Of a DNA stretch of 56,962 bases, positions 25,501 to 34,619 are shown piece by piece. The stretch's first letter is position 1. Each line of letters begins with the position of its first letter. The notes under the pieces are model-generated. The model did not search any database and had not been told where the DNA came from. It saw nothing but the letters and a program-made list of their open reading frames with translations. The stretch covers positions 1 through 56,962 of the IMG/VR virus record IMGVR_UViG_3300045988_070064; one strand, written 5' to 3'. This stretch comes from a virus. The position numbers were made by a program, and so were the translations under genes.

Positions 25501-27253
25501 TAAAATCGCTACTTCGTTTGCCGCAAGCAAAATTGGAACATTTATTTTGTCTAAAATCACATTTGCCAAAACTGCGATTGTTTCGCTTGGAGCAAAAATA
25601 AGTGGAGCAATTACAAGTGGATTAAGCGGATTGAGTGCCACAGGAATAGCCGCGGCGGCGGCACCGGTATTGTTGGCAGTTGGAGCAGCCATCGGCGCAG
25701 GCTTAATGATTGGAGACAGAATCAGCGAAGCGATAGATGCCTACAATTACACCGGAGATTACGAAATCAAAGTACCGGCAAAGTTAGATATAAACGCACA
25801 AAAAGCAAACGAGGATTTACAAAAGACAAAAGAGTATACAGATGAAATAAATAAAGATATAAAGGAAATCAATAATTCTGGCAATTTGGAAAACGGGAAA
25901 AACATAAAGGAATTAGCCAATAGATACTATGAGTTAAGCCAAAAGACAAACCCTACCGCATCTGATATTGCAGTAATGAAAGAATACTCAAAACAGTTAT
26001 CCGATGAAATTCCTGGGTTATCAAAGAATATTGATAAGCAGACAGGGGCATTCAAAGGTAACAAAGATGAGTTGAACGGTCTGATTTCCAATCTTGACAG
26101 AGCTGCTAAAGCGCAGGCGGCATACAATTCTTCTGTGGAACTTTACGAGAAAAAGCAGGAAACTGGAAATAAACTTTCCGAAGCACAGGCAAAACTTGCA
26201 AAATATACAAAAGAACTTGCGGCGGCACAGGAAATTGCAAACAACGTTAAAAAACGTTCTGGAGTAAATAGCGCAGAATATCAAGCACAAGTCAAAATAC
26301 TTGGAAGATATGCTACAAAAGTAAATGCGGCAAGAGCGGAAGTAAATACTTTGGAAAAAGCAGAGTCCGATATTAACGCACAGATTAGTAAAAACAATAA
26401 TGTCATGGATAATGCCAAAGTAAAGACTAGCGATTACCAAAAGGCATCAGATAGTTTAAAGAAAACTATGAAAAACCTTGGTGTCGAAACGCAATCTTCA
26501 AAAAATGCGTTAAAAACACTTCAAGACAAACTTGACAATGGCGAGATAACATGGAAAGCATATAAAGACGTTGTTGACGGAAATTATAAATCCGTTGACG
26601 AACTTAATGCCGCAATTGGAAAACTTACATCAAAAGAAGTTTCTGTTACCGCTAAAACAAGCGGAACGGATTCTATAGATAAAGTTAAAAATGTAATTGA
26701 TAAACTACAAAGCAAGTCTGTAAATGTTAGTACAAATGTTAATACATCAAACTTACAAAAAAGAATTAAAGATGCAGTTTCCAAAGTAAAGTTATCGCCA
26801 ATTAAGGCACCAATACAGTTTGGAATTACGAAAGAGCAAAAAAAGATACTGGATAATCTTAGCCCTAAAAATATGGGAAAACCATACGAAAGGGCATTAA
26901 AAACAAGCGGACTATCCAAACTTTCGGATTTTGCATCAAAACTTCCAACGTACAGTACAGGTGGATTCCCGGAAGATGGACTTTTCATGGCAAACCATGG
27001 AGAACTTGTCGGAAAATTCAATAACGGCAAAACCGCGGTTGCTAATAACGACCAGATTACTACTGGATTTGCACAAGCAATTACAAACACGCTTGCACCG
27101 GCTATCTATGCGGCGGTATCGCAGGCAGTATCAGAAAATCAAAGCCAGCAGACAGGAGATGTATATCTGGACGGAACAAAACTCACGACAACAATCATGG
27201 GAAAAGCCGAACAGATTACACGAAGCCGAGGTTCCGGATGGAAGTTGGCATAA
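22523..27253 (+). CDS. Tape measure protein
   Basis: 1576 aa; Ala/Gly/Ser/Lys-rich coiled coils plus hydrophobic segments; follows the chaperone pair. Confidence 0.9.
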   Translation: MAVVDSLEVEIQAKAKQANKEIDVLCSKLGNLSKQLASVDSKGLTKFSSGLNMLSAGMKGMRDTKMPDFTKTVKGLQKFETLDGQKLAAVSNALSPMANGLKTLGSVNFNNKNVNSMVSAVARLTSSIQGGVNTQGIISLGNGIAQMMTTLSSAGEVAPKTASFVNAISRLANAGSKTSASASGLPLLSKELSSFMVSMSRAPVVSKETSELTNAIARLASAGTRTKQTADNLDYLAKKVKDFMVSMQNAPQVSQGTTQLLTAIGNIASAGSRAGSALNSISFSGGNTTNVLSRLGNGFKSVVTRMLGFNKESKNIASSIGMFYAKFFMVIRGVKALGGAIGSMQDYIEEFNYFSVALDKVGKDSASQFKKAGYDSAEAYADSFRTRFAKLQTQMTGFNVDYDTGEATSNMQHNLGLDLTEVMNYNAAISQITNSAGMLGETSIATSKALSMLSADWSSLSNKDLSDVMDNFQSGLIGQSRALYQYGIDTTKAGLAQTALAHGISASVSSMSQQEKMQLRVLTMLEQSKVAYADLSRTINQPANQVRMLQAGLKNLSRTIGQIFLPVVQKLYPYLNAVVMVLQDFAQWVAKLTGAKLYDDTSMATPDYSDAVDGLDDYGDAADKASKKQKKLNDNLQGFDIVNKLQANNKDDGSSSGKKNGRGAGIDLSEDINKAVKGYESIWDKAFKSNKNKAVELAAKLKKAILGGWKKGGDYTSLGKSVGSWLTSGLDSIPWGKIQTTTNKLAKSLATFLNGMVQGINWETVGKTLANGFNTAMGALYTFRTTFDWLGLGVSVATGINSALQNADMTLAGKTLGAKVRGMIQFAFGLVTNFDFSGLGQKIADGINGFFEEMGEVRKNTGLTGWQELGKTLSDSLKGILASINKALSGVNWEKVGKSIGQFLGSIDWVGIWSSVGKTIGNAFNSIMTIAISALKEDPAGVIGALSSVFGVIFAAKTIKGLFGKTGFFAGLKQAATEKMGEVALTMAKSLKTKIATSFAASKIGTFILSKITFAKTAIVSLGAKISGAITSGLSGLSATGIAAAAAPVLLAVGAAIGAGLMIGDRISEAIDAYNYTGDYEIKVPAKLDINAQKANEDLQKTKEYTDEINKDIKEINNSGNLENGKNIKELANRYYELSQKTNPTASDIAVMKEYSKQLSDEIPGLSKNIDKQTGAFKGNKDELNGLISNLDRAAKAQAAYNSSVELYEKKQETGNKLSEAQAKLAKYTKELAAAQEIANNVKKRSGVNSAEYQAQVKILGRYATKVNAARAEVNTLEKAESDINAQISKNNNVMDNAKVKTSDYQKASDSLKKTMKNLGVETQSSKNALKTLQDKLDNGEITWKAYKDVVDGNYKSVDELNAAIGKLTSKEVSVTAKTSGTDSIDKVKNVIDKLQSKSVNVSTNVNTSNLQKRIKDAVSKVKLSPIKAPIQFGITKEQKKILDNLSPKNMGKPYERALKTSGLSKLSDFASKLPTYSTGGFPEDGLFMANHGELVGKFNNGKTAVANNDQITTGFAQAITNTLAPAIYAAVSQAVSENQSQQTGDVYLDGTKLTTTIMGKAEQITRSRGSGWKLA

Positions 27254-27259
27254 ACAATG

Positions 27260-27291
27260 GCACCTATCTTATTTGGTAGGTGCTATTTTAT
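27260..27291 (+). terminator. Hairpin after the tape measure gene
   Basis: GCACCTA/TAGGTGC stem, then TATTTTATT. Confidence 0.45.
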
Positions 27292-27311
27292 TGCAAAAAG
27301 GGGGAAAAGAC

Positions 27312-27686
27312 ATGGCATATAGAGTTCCGGAGATTGACGGACAGAAAATTGCTTGTCCATCCGCTAGCGGTGTGGATATTAAAAGAAATCAAGTACAGAG
27401 TTCAAACTTTCGCCGAACATCTACGGCGAAAGCACAAGGAACGGTTGTGGATAACAAGGTCAGCATAAAAATGTCGTTTCCACCAAATATCACAGTAGCG
27501 GAATTAAAATTGATTAAGAGCAAAACGTGCGACAAAACAGCATTCCACAAACTGGGATTTACTAATGAGTTTGGGGAATGGGAAACGATAACAGTTTATT
27601 TCAACAATTATTCTTTGCAACAATACGGATTTATCAACGGAAAAATGTTGAATCAGTCAATATCATTTGAGGCGGTGGAACAATGA
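27312..27686 (+). CDS. Small tail component (distal-tail-like)
   Basis: ATG 27312 after GGGGGAAAAG; the track ORF from 26931 is an out-of-frame run inside the tape measure gene. Confidence 0.4.
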   Translation: MAYRVPEIDGQKIACPSASGVDIKRNQVQSSNFRRTSTAKAQGTVVDNKVSIKMSFPPNITVAELKLIKSKTCDKTAFHKLGFTNEFGEWETITVYFNNYSLQQYGFINGKMLNQSISFEAVEQ

Positions 27687-30600
27687 CAAGTATACCTATG
27701 ACTACGGAGTATGTGGACGTTAAAGTAAAAATTGGAGAGATTGAATATACCAACGAGGAATTACAGATTGATTCTATCAAAATTTCTAATGGATGCTACG
27801 ATGGAAGTGTTTTTGGCATTGGAAACGTGTATATAAAGAACGCAAGTATAACCATGAATTACTTAGATGGAATTTCTAAAGGAATAAATATCGAGATATT
27901 TTTCCAGTATCAAGGTGCATGGATTAGTTTCGGTCAATTCGTCGTAACAGAAACTCCAGTTATGAGTGGCGATAAACTTTCTGTTTCTTTGGAAAGTACA
28001 CTTGCACAGTATGCCAATACAGAAATCGTTTTTTCAGAGGCAAAACCTAATTATAATTTTGATACAATCATTAAAAAAATAGAGGAAATAACCGGAAAAG
28101 TTGTTGTCTTTAAAAGCGAATTGGATTCGATAGGAACTGAAAAATCAGAATTTTTGTCAAAATCAGCAAATTTTATTAAAGATGCAAAAACCCTTATGGA
28201 TCCTGCGTCTGGATGTAAAACCGGAGTATCTGTAAAAACTGCTTTGGCAGGAATTGCAATATTGTTTGGTGGAAATGTATACGAAGATACAAACAATAAA
28301 ATCGTTATCAAGCAAAAAACGTATTCTTTAAATTCGGATCGTTATATTTTGCCAGATTATCTTGACGGAAATTACAAATACTCAAAAGAAGTATATGCTA
28401 TTAAAACTATTTCATTGTTGTTTAATAAATATGTCCTTGGCATTTACTACAGAAAAGAGACAGACCCACCTGGTGATGATATATGGACACAAAATTATCT
28501 GGATGAAGACAAGGTATCAAATACATTGCTTGCTTCACAGTCGTCAATGACTGGTAAAACACCGTATAATTACACAGTTACTTGCGATTGGATTGGTTGG
28601 ACAAGTGATGGTTTTGGATATAATTTGAACGAAAAACCGGGCGGCCGTGCTTCTGCTTGTCTTAGGCAAGGCGATTTGATGTATCATACGTGCGATATGA
28701 CGTTTGTTGGGATTGATTTTGGATGGAATATTGCACCGGGAAATATTGTAAAAGTAAAGGTGCCGGAGTTAGAGAATCCAATAGATGTTTTATGTGGGGA
28801 GATTTCATACGAGTGGGATGGTGGATTTACTACAAGCATATCGTGCAATTGCAACATAGAATCCAACGGAAGTTATTCTACAGAGGTTTCAACGCAGGCA
28901 TCTGCGGCGGCGGCACAAGAGGGTAGACAAACAAGTCTTGAATTGAATTATGCAAATATTACTTTGAGTAATATTGAGGATAGCACGATTAGAGGTAGCA
29001 TATTCAAGGATGGTACAATTGATGGATCGAAAATAAAAGATTCAACAATTACCGGATCTCTTATTGCTGATTCGACAATAAAAGGGTCTAATATAGAAGA
29101 GGGAACAATTACCGGTTCAAAAATAAAGGCGGCAACAATTACCGGTGCCCTTATTGTAGATGGAACTATCCGAGGAAACCACATAATGGAATCCAGTATT
29201 GATGGTAGCAAGATTGAGGATAGTGCGATAACGGAAAGTAAAATTTCCAACTCGTCAATCACAAACTCAAAAATCAAGGATGGAGAGATTGAAAACTCCA
29301 AGATTAAGGATGCTACATTGACCGGGGCTAAAATCAAAGATGCAACGATTGGATTTGAAAAGGTTGATAGTTCTTTTATCAAAGATTTGACGGCTGATAA
29401 AGCATATATCGAAAATCTTAAAGCATCAATTGCTGATATCGGATATTTGACCGCGGATGAAGCAAGTATCAAGTATGCCACAATTACTTCTTTGGAAGCA
29501 GTAGATGGAAAGATTGACAATTTGGAAACAATTGCAATAACAACAAATAACCTTAGTGCCCAAGTAGCAGATTTAGGTTATTTGAACGCCGATACCGCAG
29601 ATTTAAAGTATGCCAATATTGAACTTTCCAATATTGATGTGGCAAATGTCGGTACATTTTTTGCTAACGTTGGGCTGATTGACAGGGCAACAATCGTAGA
29701 TGGACACGTTACTGGTTTTTTAGATAGTGTTGAAGTCAATGCTAACAAAATCACGGCAGGAACGTTGGTCGCTGACAGAATACTTCTTAAAGGTTCAGAA
29801 AAGGGAGTATTATATGCTTTAAACAATCTTGGAGAACTGACAAGCACAACGGTAGATACTCTTGATGGTTACATACTTACAGACCGTACTATCAATGCAG
29901 ACAAGATTGTGGCATCGTCGATTACTACTAATGAGTTGGACGTGGATAGTATTTTTGCGGATAGTGCAGTTGTCGAACGGATTTTTGCCCAAGATATCAC
30001 GGCGACAGGAATAATAAGAGGTGCAACGTTGGTAGGTGCTTCGGTGTCGGCGGATAGAGGTACAATTGGCGGATTTGGTATTTTTGATGATTGCCTTACT
30101 GGTTTTTATGATGAAGACGGCTACCAATACAAAGTTGACTTGAATACAGCCAAGTCAATTACAGGGAAAAATGGTGGAGTAATTGCCATTGAGGCAGGAA
30201 AGTACAAAATATCATCTCCGTATAATACTGAACATGAGTGGTATGTAACATATGACGGTTATATGTACGCGGAGATTGGAGAAATTGCTGGATTTACATT
30301 AAAAGACCAAAGGTTGATATCAAATTCAGAATATACTCCGGAAAATGCCTCTGCAACATATTACAACAAAGCAGAAATAAACTCCAAATTTAATCAAGAA
30401 GAAGATTTCTTGTCGTTGACTTGTACAGTCAATAACACTGAAATAAACAAAGCCTTTTTTGGATTTGACGGTGTACGTCTTGAAAGTTTAAACCATGGAA
30501 ATGATTACTATGATAAATTTATGTTGTTGTCAACAAGAAGCCTTGCTTTTGGAGTAAATTCTGGAACACCATATAATGGAAGTAGCGTAGCATTCGAGAT

Positions 30601-31294
30601 TGATTCGGGGTATTCCAAGATTACTTCAAGCGGAGAGTTTACGATAGAACCATCATGCACAATAAACGTTCCAACGACAGTAAAGTCACTTACCATAAAA
30701 AACAACGGTTCAAAAGGTAAAACGGTCATATCAAATGGTTTAATCGGATTAGACGATGCACAAGGTGGCACCGTGAGATATTTCCTTGATAACACTTATG
30801 GAAACTTACGGATATGGGACACGGCTGTGGGAGAAAGGCTTCTTATCTCTCCTGCCTCGATTAACTTTAAACCGAATGGAAAGACGATATTTTCTGTTAA
30901 TAAAGACAATGCTTCTGAAAATGGATATGAAATAATCGGTTGCGAAGTGACAACAAGTGGAAATTTTACTTGTAAAAAATACCGAGACGGAAGACTTGTT
31001 ATTGAGTATCGAAGTAAAATGGGGAATGTAACTTCACTTACAGATATAAGCAACAAAGAAGGGGTGTATTACAAATCTAGAGACGGTAGAACTTTCCCAT
31101 TAGCATTTGTAGATACACCGATGGTTATTACTGGAATCGGCGTTCCTGACACGTCAGCACCATTTGTAAATGTCAGTTTTGATGGCGTCAGCAAAACTGG
31201 ATATAGCAGATGTATTTTTTGGGCTACGCATTCTGGTGCAACACTTCCCGTAAATTCAGTAACCAGCGCAATTTTTATAGGGCGTTGGTTTTGA
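27683..31294 (+). CDS. Tail fibre / tail-associated receptor-binding protein with beta-helix repeats
   Basis: 1203 aa; residues ~420-560 are iterated (D/E)(S/G)TI(T/K)GSKI-type units; then YLTADEASIKYATI / YLNADTADLKYANI repeats. Confidence 0.7.
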   Translation: MTSIPMTTEYVDVKVKIGEIEYTNEELQIDSIKISNGCYDGSVFGIGNVYIKNASITMNYLDGISKGINIEIFFQYQGAWISFGQFVVTETPVMSGDKLSVSLESTLAQYANTEIVFSEAKPNYNFDTIIKKIEEITGKVVVFKSELDSIGTEKSEFLSKSANFIKDAKTLMDPASGCKTGVSVKTALAGIAILFGGNVYEDTNNKIVIKQKTYSLNSDRYILPDYLDGNYKYSKEVYAIKTISLLFNKYVLGIYYRKETDPPGDDIWTQNYLDEDKVSNTLLASQSSMTGKTPYNYTVTCDWIGWTSDGFGYNLNEKPGGRASACLRQGDLMYHTCDMTFVGIDFGWNIAPGNIVKVKVPELENPIDVLCGEISYEWDGGFTTSISCNCNIESNGSYSTEVSTQASAAAAQEGRQTSLELNYANITLSNIEDSTIRGSIFKDGTIDGSKIKDSTITGSLIADSTIKGSNIEEGTITGSKIKAATITGALIVDGTIRGNHIMESSIDGSKIEDSAITESKISNSSITNSKIKDGEIENSKIKDATLTGAKIKDATIGFEKVDSSFIKDLTADKAYIENLKASIADIGYLTADEASIKYATITSLEAVDGKIDNLETIAITTNNLSAQVADLGYLNADTADLKYANIELSNIDVANVGTFFANVGLIDRATIVDGHVTGFLDSVEVNANKITAGTLVADRILLKGSEKGVLYALNNLGELTSTTVDTLDGYILTDRTINADKIVASSITTNELDVDSIFADSAVVERIFAQDITATGIIRGATLVGASVSADRGTIGGFGIFDDCLTGFYDEDGYQYKVDLNTAKSITGKNGGVIAIEAGKYKISSPYNTEHEWYVTYDGYMYAEIGEIAGFTLKDQRLISNSEYTPENASATYYNKAEINSKFNQEEDFLSLTCTVNNTEINKAFFGFDGVRLESLNHGNDYYDKFMLLSTRSLAFGVNSGTPYNGSSVAFEIDSGYSKITSSGEFTIEPSCTINVPTTVKSLTIKNNGSKGKTVISNGLIGLDDAQGGTVRYFLDNTYGNLRIWDTAVGERLLISPASINFKPNGKTIFSVNKDNASENGYEIIGCEVTTSGNFTCKKYRDGRLVIEYRSKMGNVTSLTDISNKEGVYYKSRDGRTFPLAFVDTPMVITGIGVPDTSAPFVNVSFDGVSKTGYSRCIFWATHSGATLPVNSVTSAIFIGRWF

Positions 31295-31326
31295 GATAAA
31301 TTATAAAATCTTAGGAGGTTAGAAAA

Positions 31327-31512
31327 ATGGAAAACAAAGAAATTACAATGGCAGATTACATCGTTGATAAGTTGGCAAACGAGGTCAAGGAACTGAAAGT
31401 TCGACTTGCTCAAACCGAATTTACGGCGATGGCTTACAAGGAAAAGTACGAAGCATTGCTGAAAGAACAGGAACAGGAGGTAGAAGAAGATGAAAAAACT
31501 GTTAGCGAATAA
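31327..31512 (+). CDS. Small coiled-coil protein
   Basis: 61 aa; no TM segment; AGGAGG RBS. Confidence 0.55.
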   Translation: MENKEITMADYIVDKLANEVKELKVRLAQTEFTAMAYKEKYEALLKEQEQEVEEDEKTVSE

Positions 31513-32005
31513 GTCTTGTATGCACGGAAAGAGAGACAGAAAAAGTATTTTCTTTATTGTTATTCATTATACTGGAAACAATGGAGATACGGCATTGGAC
31601 AATGCTAAATTTTTCCAAAAAGAGCAGACAGGAGCAAGAAATGGCGTTGGCGCACATTTCTTTGTTGGGAAAAAAGGTAAAGCGGTAAAATCAATTCCAA
31701 TGAATCAGATTGCATGGAGTGTTGGTGGATTTTACAGCAAAGACAAAGGAGCAGGGAAGTATTACAAGGAATGTACAAATGCAAACTCTGTTTCAATAGA
31801 ATTGTGCGATGCAACAAAAGGTTATACCGCGGAACAGGCAAAAGCAGTTAAAAAGTTGATTAAGTACATCAAAAGATACTGTCCAAACGCCAAAACCGTT
31901 ATCAGACATTGGGATGTAAACGGTAAGGATTGCCCTCATCCTATGATTGGAAAAGATAACAAAATGTGGAAACAATTCAAAAAAGACATTGGTGTCGAAA
32001 ATTGA
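31490..32005 (+). CDS. N-acetylmuramoyl-L-alanine amidase endolysin (Amidase_2/PGRP type)
   Basis: IVIHYTGN..., GAHFFV, ...SIELCD..., ...RHWDVNGKDCPHP motifs; the 171 aa leave no room for a wall-binding domain. Confidence 0.8.
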   Translation: MKKLLANKSCMHGKRDRKSIFFIVIHYTGNNGDTALDNAKFFQKEQTGARNGVGAHFFVGKKGKAVKSIPMNQIAWSVGGFYSKDKGAGKYYKECTNANSVSIELCDATKGYTAEQAKAVKKLIKYIKRYCPNAKTVIRHWDVNGKDCPHPMIGKDNKMWKQFKKDIGVEN

Positions 32006-32058
32006 CCGAACTTGCGATGAAAAAAGATTGTTTTCTTGTGCCAAAAGGTGTAAGATAA

Positions 32059-32126
32059 AATTGTCTCAAACGAGACAATTCAAGTTCTGGCGAGGGGTAA
32101 GAGTTCATTGTGTAACTCTGCCCCTC
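32059..32126 (+). terminator. Two tandem hairpins after the lysis genes
   Basis: AATTGTCTC/GAGACAATT (32059-32080) and GAGGGG..AGAGTT/AACTCT..CCCCTC (32092-32126); no strong U-runs. Confidence 0.4.
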
Positions 32127-32169
32127 ACTTTAAAACTAAGGGGAAACAATCAATCTTGCAAATTTATGA

Positions 32170-32198
32170 TTGACAATTACGAACAAATGTTCTATAAT
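32170..32198 (+). promoter_or_regulatory. Consensus sigma-A promoter
   Basis: TTGACA (32170-32175), exactly 17 nt, TATAAT (32193-32198). Confidence 0.75.
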
Positions 32199-32221
32199 TG
32201 TCTTATCGTAAGGAGGGCAAC

Positions 32222-32344
32222 ATGGGAAATGAAAACGAAAATGAGCAGTTTTACAAAAACAAAATTATCGAAATGATTAAAAAGATGGAAAACATATATT
32301 TTCTTAGGGCGATATATGTTTTTATAGAAAATTTAACAGAGTAG
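32222..32344 (+). CDS. Small ORF (40 aa), moron-like
   Basis: AGGAGGG RBS; MGNENENEQFYKNKIIEMIKKMENIYFLRAIYVFIENLTE; has its own promoter and terminator. Confidence 0.5.
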   Translation: MGNENENEQFYKNKIIEMIKKMENIYFLRAIYVFIENLTE

Positions 32345-32352
32345 AAGAAAAA

Positions 32353-32390
32353 AGCCAAGGGAATGATTGCTTATCCCTTGGCTCTTTTTT
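32353..32390. terminator. Bidirectional terminator
   Basis: AGCCAAGGGA/TCCCTTGGCT 10-bp stem flanked by an A-run and a T-run; sits between convergent genes. Confidence 0.8.
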
Positions 32391-32751
32391 AATTCTTGGA
32401 AATCGAATCAATCAATGTTTCTAATGTCTTCCATCCATCATCGTCTAATTTGGCTAAAGCATTTACAAGCCGACGTTTGAAATCTCCGTCATCTTCTTTT
32501 ATAACTTCGCCGAACAATTTGGAAATTTCATCGTTTTTGTCAATCTGACAAAACATTTCTCCAGTTCCACTTTTCAGCCATTCTTCGTTGACGTTGTATA
32601 AGGAACATAAGATTTTTTGAGACTGTTCCGACAAGTTTCTGTTTCCGTTCTCTACTAAGGAAATGTAATTTTTCGTCAAACCTAAGCGATCCGCAAACAA
32701 TTCTTGTGACAAATTCAATTCTTTTCGCAGTAACTTTATGCGTTCATTCAT
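32389..32751 (-). CDS. CI-like XRE-family repressor
   Basis: LRKELNLSQELFADRLGLTKNYISLVENGNRNLS is a canonical HTH_XRE; divergent from the antirepressor gene. Confidence 0.8.
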   Translation of the reverse strand: MNERIKLLRKELNLSQELFADRLGLTKNYISLVENGNRNLSEQSQKILCSLYNVNEEWLKSGTGEMFCQIDKNDEISKLFGEVIKEDDGDFKRRLVNALAKLDDDGWKTLETLIDSISKN

Positions 32752-32770
32752 TTTCGATTTCCTCCTTTCA

Positions 32771-32890
32771 ATAGTATAATATCATAGTTGTCACACAAAG
32801 TCAAACTTTTTTTATGAAAAAGGTTGACAAGTAATACTAAGTGTGATAGTATAATCATACAAAGTCAAACAGGAAGGAGGCAAAGTCAAT
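32771..32890. promoter_or_regulatory. Divergent switch region with repeated operators
   Basis: Minus strand: TTGACT (32804-32799), 17 nt, TATTAT (32781-32776). Plus strand: TTGACA (32824-32829), 17 nt, TAGTAT. ACAAAGTCAAAC at 32795 and 32859; CAAAGTCAA at 32881. Confidence 0.7.
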
Positions 32891-33664
32891 ATGAACGAGT
32901 TGACACAAAAGTACATTGATAGTAGAGAAGTTGCTGAAATGGTTGGTAAAGAGCATAATATGCTTTTGCGAGATATTCGAAGATATTCGGAACAATTAGG
33001 AAAGAGCAAGATTGCACAGTCCGATTTTTTCACAGAAAGTACCTATATAAACAGCCAAAATAAGACGCAGCCTTGCTATCTGGTTACAAAGAAAGGTTGC
33101 GAGTTTATCGCACATAAACTGACCGGAAGTAAAGGAACGGAGTTTACTGCAAAGTACATTAACAGATTCCATGAAATGGAAGATGTGATTAAAACACAAC
33201 TTCCAACAGGAAACGACCTTATTGCTCTTGCAGTTATTGAAGCACAGAGAATGCTTGAACAAAAAGACAAGCAGATTAAGGAATTGGAAACAGAAGTCAT
33301 TGAAATGAACAATACCATTTCCGAAATGAAACCAAAAGCAAATTATGTGGATTTGATTTTGAATAGTAAGTCTACAGTTCTGGTAACACAGATTGCACAA
33401 GATTATGGAATGTCTGCTAAGGCATTTAATAAATTGCTGAAAGATCTAAACGTACAACACAAAGTCGGCAGGCAATGGATTTTGTATCAGAAGTACCAAG
33501 GAATGGGATATGTTCATAGCAAAACTATTGATATTACAAGAGCAAATGGAAAGTCAGATGTGGTTATGCAGACAGAGTGGACGCAGAAAGGCAGATTGTT
33601 TCTGTATGAGATTCTGAAAAAGAATAGCATATATCCATTGATTGAAAGAAGTGAGATTGCATAA
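32891..33664 (+). CDS. Rha-family regulator fused to a KilA-C/ANT antirepressor domain
   Basis: [23 protein letters not shown] (Rha-like N-terminus); C-terminal ...[38 protein letters not shown] (KilA-C-like). Confidence 0.7.
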   Translation: MNELTQKYIDSREVAEMVGKEHNMLLRDIRRYSEQLGKSKIAQSDFFTESTYINSQNKTQPCYLVTKKGCEFIAHKLTGSKGTEFTAKYINRFHEMEDVIKTQLPTGNDLIALAVIEAQRMLEQKDKQIKELETEVIEMNNTISEMKPKANYVDLILNSKSTVLVTQIAQDYGMSAKAFNKLLKDLNVQHKVGRQWILYQKYQGMGYVHSKTIDITRANGKSDVVMQTEWTQKGRLFLYEILKKNSIYPLIERSEIA

Positions 33665-33684
33665 CGGAAAGGAAGTGAGAAGAT

Positions 33685-33822
33685 ATGAGCGAAAAAGAAA
33701 AGAAAGTCGTTGAAAAACTGAAAGAAGCAATTCCAAAAATGTCTGATTTTGACAAAGGATATATCCTTGGAAAAGTTGAAAACATGGCAGAGACGGAAAA
33801 GAAGAAAAAGGAAAAGGAGTGA
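33685..33822 (+). CDS. Small ORF (45 aa), Lys/Glu-rich
   Basis: GGAAGTGAG RBS; MSEKEKKVVEKLKEAIPKMSDFDKGYILGKVENMAE... Confidence 0.45.
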   Translation: MSEKEKKVVEKLKEAIPKMSDFDKGYILGKVENMAETEKKKKEKE

Positions 33823-33838
33823 TTCCATCAGAGAGTTA

Positions 33839-34336
33839 ATGTTAGTCGCTATAACGTTTCTGTTTTCCATCTGCATATGGGGATTCCGAGGAATCGAGTT
33901 GGAAAATCCAGAAGTGGCAGAGGAAAAGGTTTTAGTCGGAATCGGTACAATTCAGATTCCAAAAACTGAAACAGTCTCTGCTGAGACGAGAAATGTTGAG
34001 CGAAAAAGGAAAAGGACACACAAGAAAAAGAAAGTTGTTCGGAAAAAGTGGACAACGTACAAAGTTACGGCATATTGTCCTTGTTGCGATTGTTCGGACA
34101 AGTACGGAAGAATGACTTCTACTGGAGTTGTTCCAAGGCAGGGAAGAACGATTGCGGTAGATCCAAAAGTTATACCTTATGGATCGGTAGTCCGCATAAA
34201 AGGACTTGGAGAGTTTATCGCCGAGGATTGCGGTGGGGCGATAAAAGGAAACAGTATAGATCTATACTTTGACGTACATTCCGATACCGAGAAATTCGGT
34301 GTCCAGTACAGAGAAGTATATATGGAAAGGAAGTGA
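33839..34336 (+). CDS. Membrane-anchored 3D-domain (MltA/RlpA-like) cell-wall protein
   Basis: N-terminal TM; ...VTAYCPCCDC...GRTIAVDPKVIPYGSVVRI...AEDCGGAIKGNSIDLYF is the 3D-domain signature. Confidence 0.65.
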   Translation: MLVAITFLFSICIWGFRGIELENPEVAEEKVLVGIGTIQIPKTETVSAETRNVERKRKRTHKKKKVVRKKWTTYKVTAYCPCCDCSDKYGRMTSTGVVPRQGRTIAVDPKVIPYGSVVRIKGLGEFIAEDCGGAIKGNSIDLYFDVHSDTEKFGVQYREVYMERK

Positions 34337-34340
34337 TCTT

Positions 34341-34472
34341 ATGTACATTCCACCTTTTTGGTGTGGTGTATCGGTAACGATTATAGGAATTGTTATCGTA
34401 TCGCTGATAATGTCAATGTTTCAGCATGACGATGATGACGAGCAAGACGAAAGGAGAGAAAACCATGAGTAA
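34341..34472 (+). CDS. Small TM protein (43 aa) with acidic tail
   Basis: ATG 34341 after GGAAAGGAAG; one hydrophobic helix, then DDDDEQDE. Confidence 0.5.
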   Translation: MYIPPFWCGVSVTIIGIVIVSLIMSMFQHDDDDEQDERRENHE

Positions 34473-34605
34473 GGAAAAAGAAATCAAGGCAGAGGGAGCG
34501 ACACCGATTCCTCCAGCATTGATCGAATCGCTTATCAAAATTGGAGCGATCGTTAGAAAGCAGGACGGAAGTCTTGTGTGTGGTAAGCCCGGAACATATC
34601 GTTAG
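34465..34605 (+). CDS. Small ORF (46 aa)
   Basis: AAAGGAGAG RBS; overlaps the upstream stop. Confidence 0.45.
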   Translation: MSKEKEIKAEGATPIPPALIESLIKIGAIVRKQDGSLVCGKPGTYR

Positions 34606-34619
34606 GAAAGGAGAGAAAA

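Noticed and set aside
25225-27090. Minus-strand ORFs of 155 and 168 aa (25225-25692 and 26584-27090) and others inside the tape measure gene
   Set aside because: These are shadow ORFs within a 4.7-kb gene of biased composition, and they lack RBSs.
26931-27311. N-terminal extension of the 27312-27686 gene into the tape measure gene
   Set aside because: The extension is an alternative-frame read-through of the TMP 3' end. A good RBS and ATG sit at 27312, after the TMP stop and hairpin.
28948-29520. 190-aa minus-strand ORF
   Set aside because: It is antisense to the repeat region of the tail fibre gene. Its own repetitiveness simply mirrors the sense repeats.
31947-32276. 109-aa + strand ORF after the endolysin
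   Set aside because: It spans two hairpins and a consensus promoter and has no RBS. The small ORF at 32222-32344 in another frame has proper signals.
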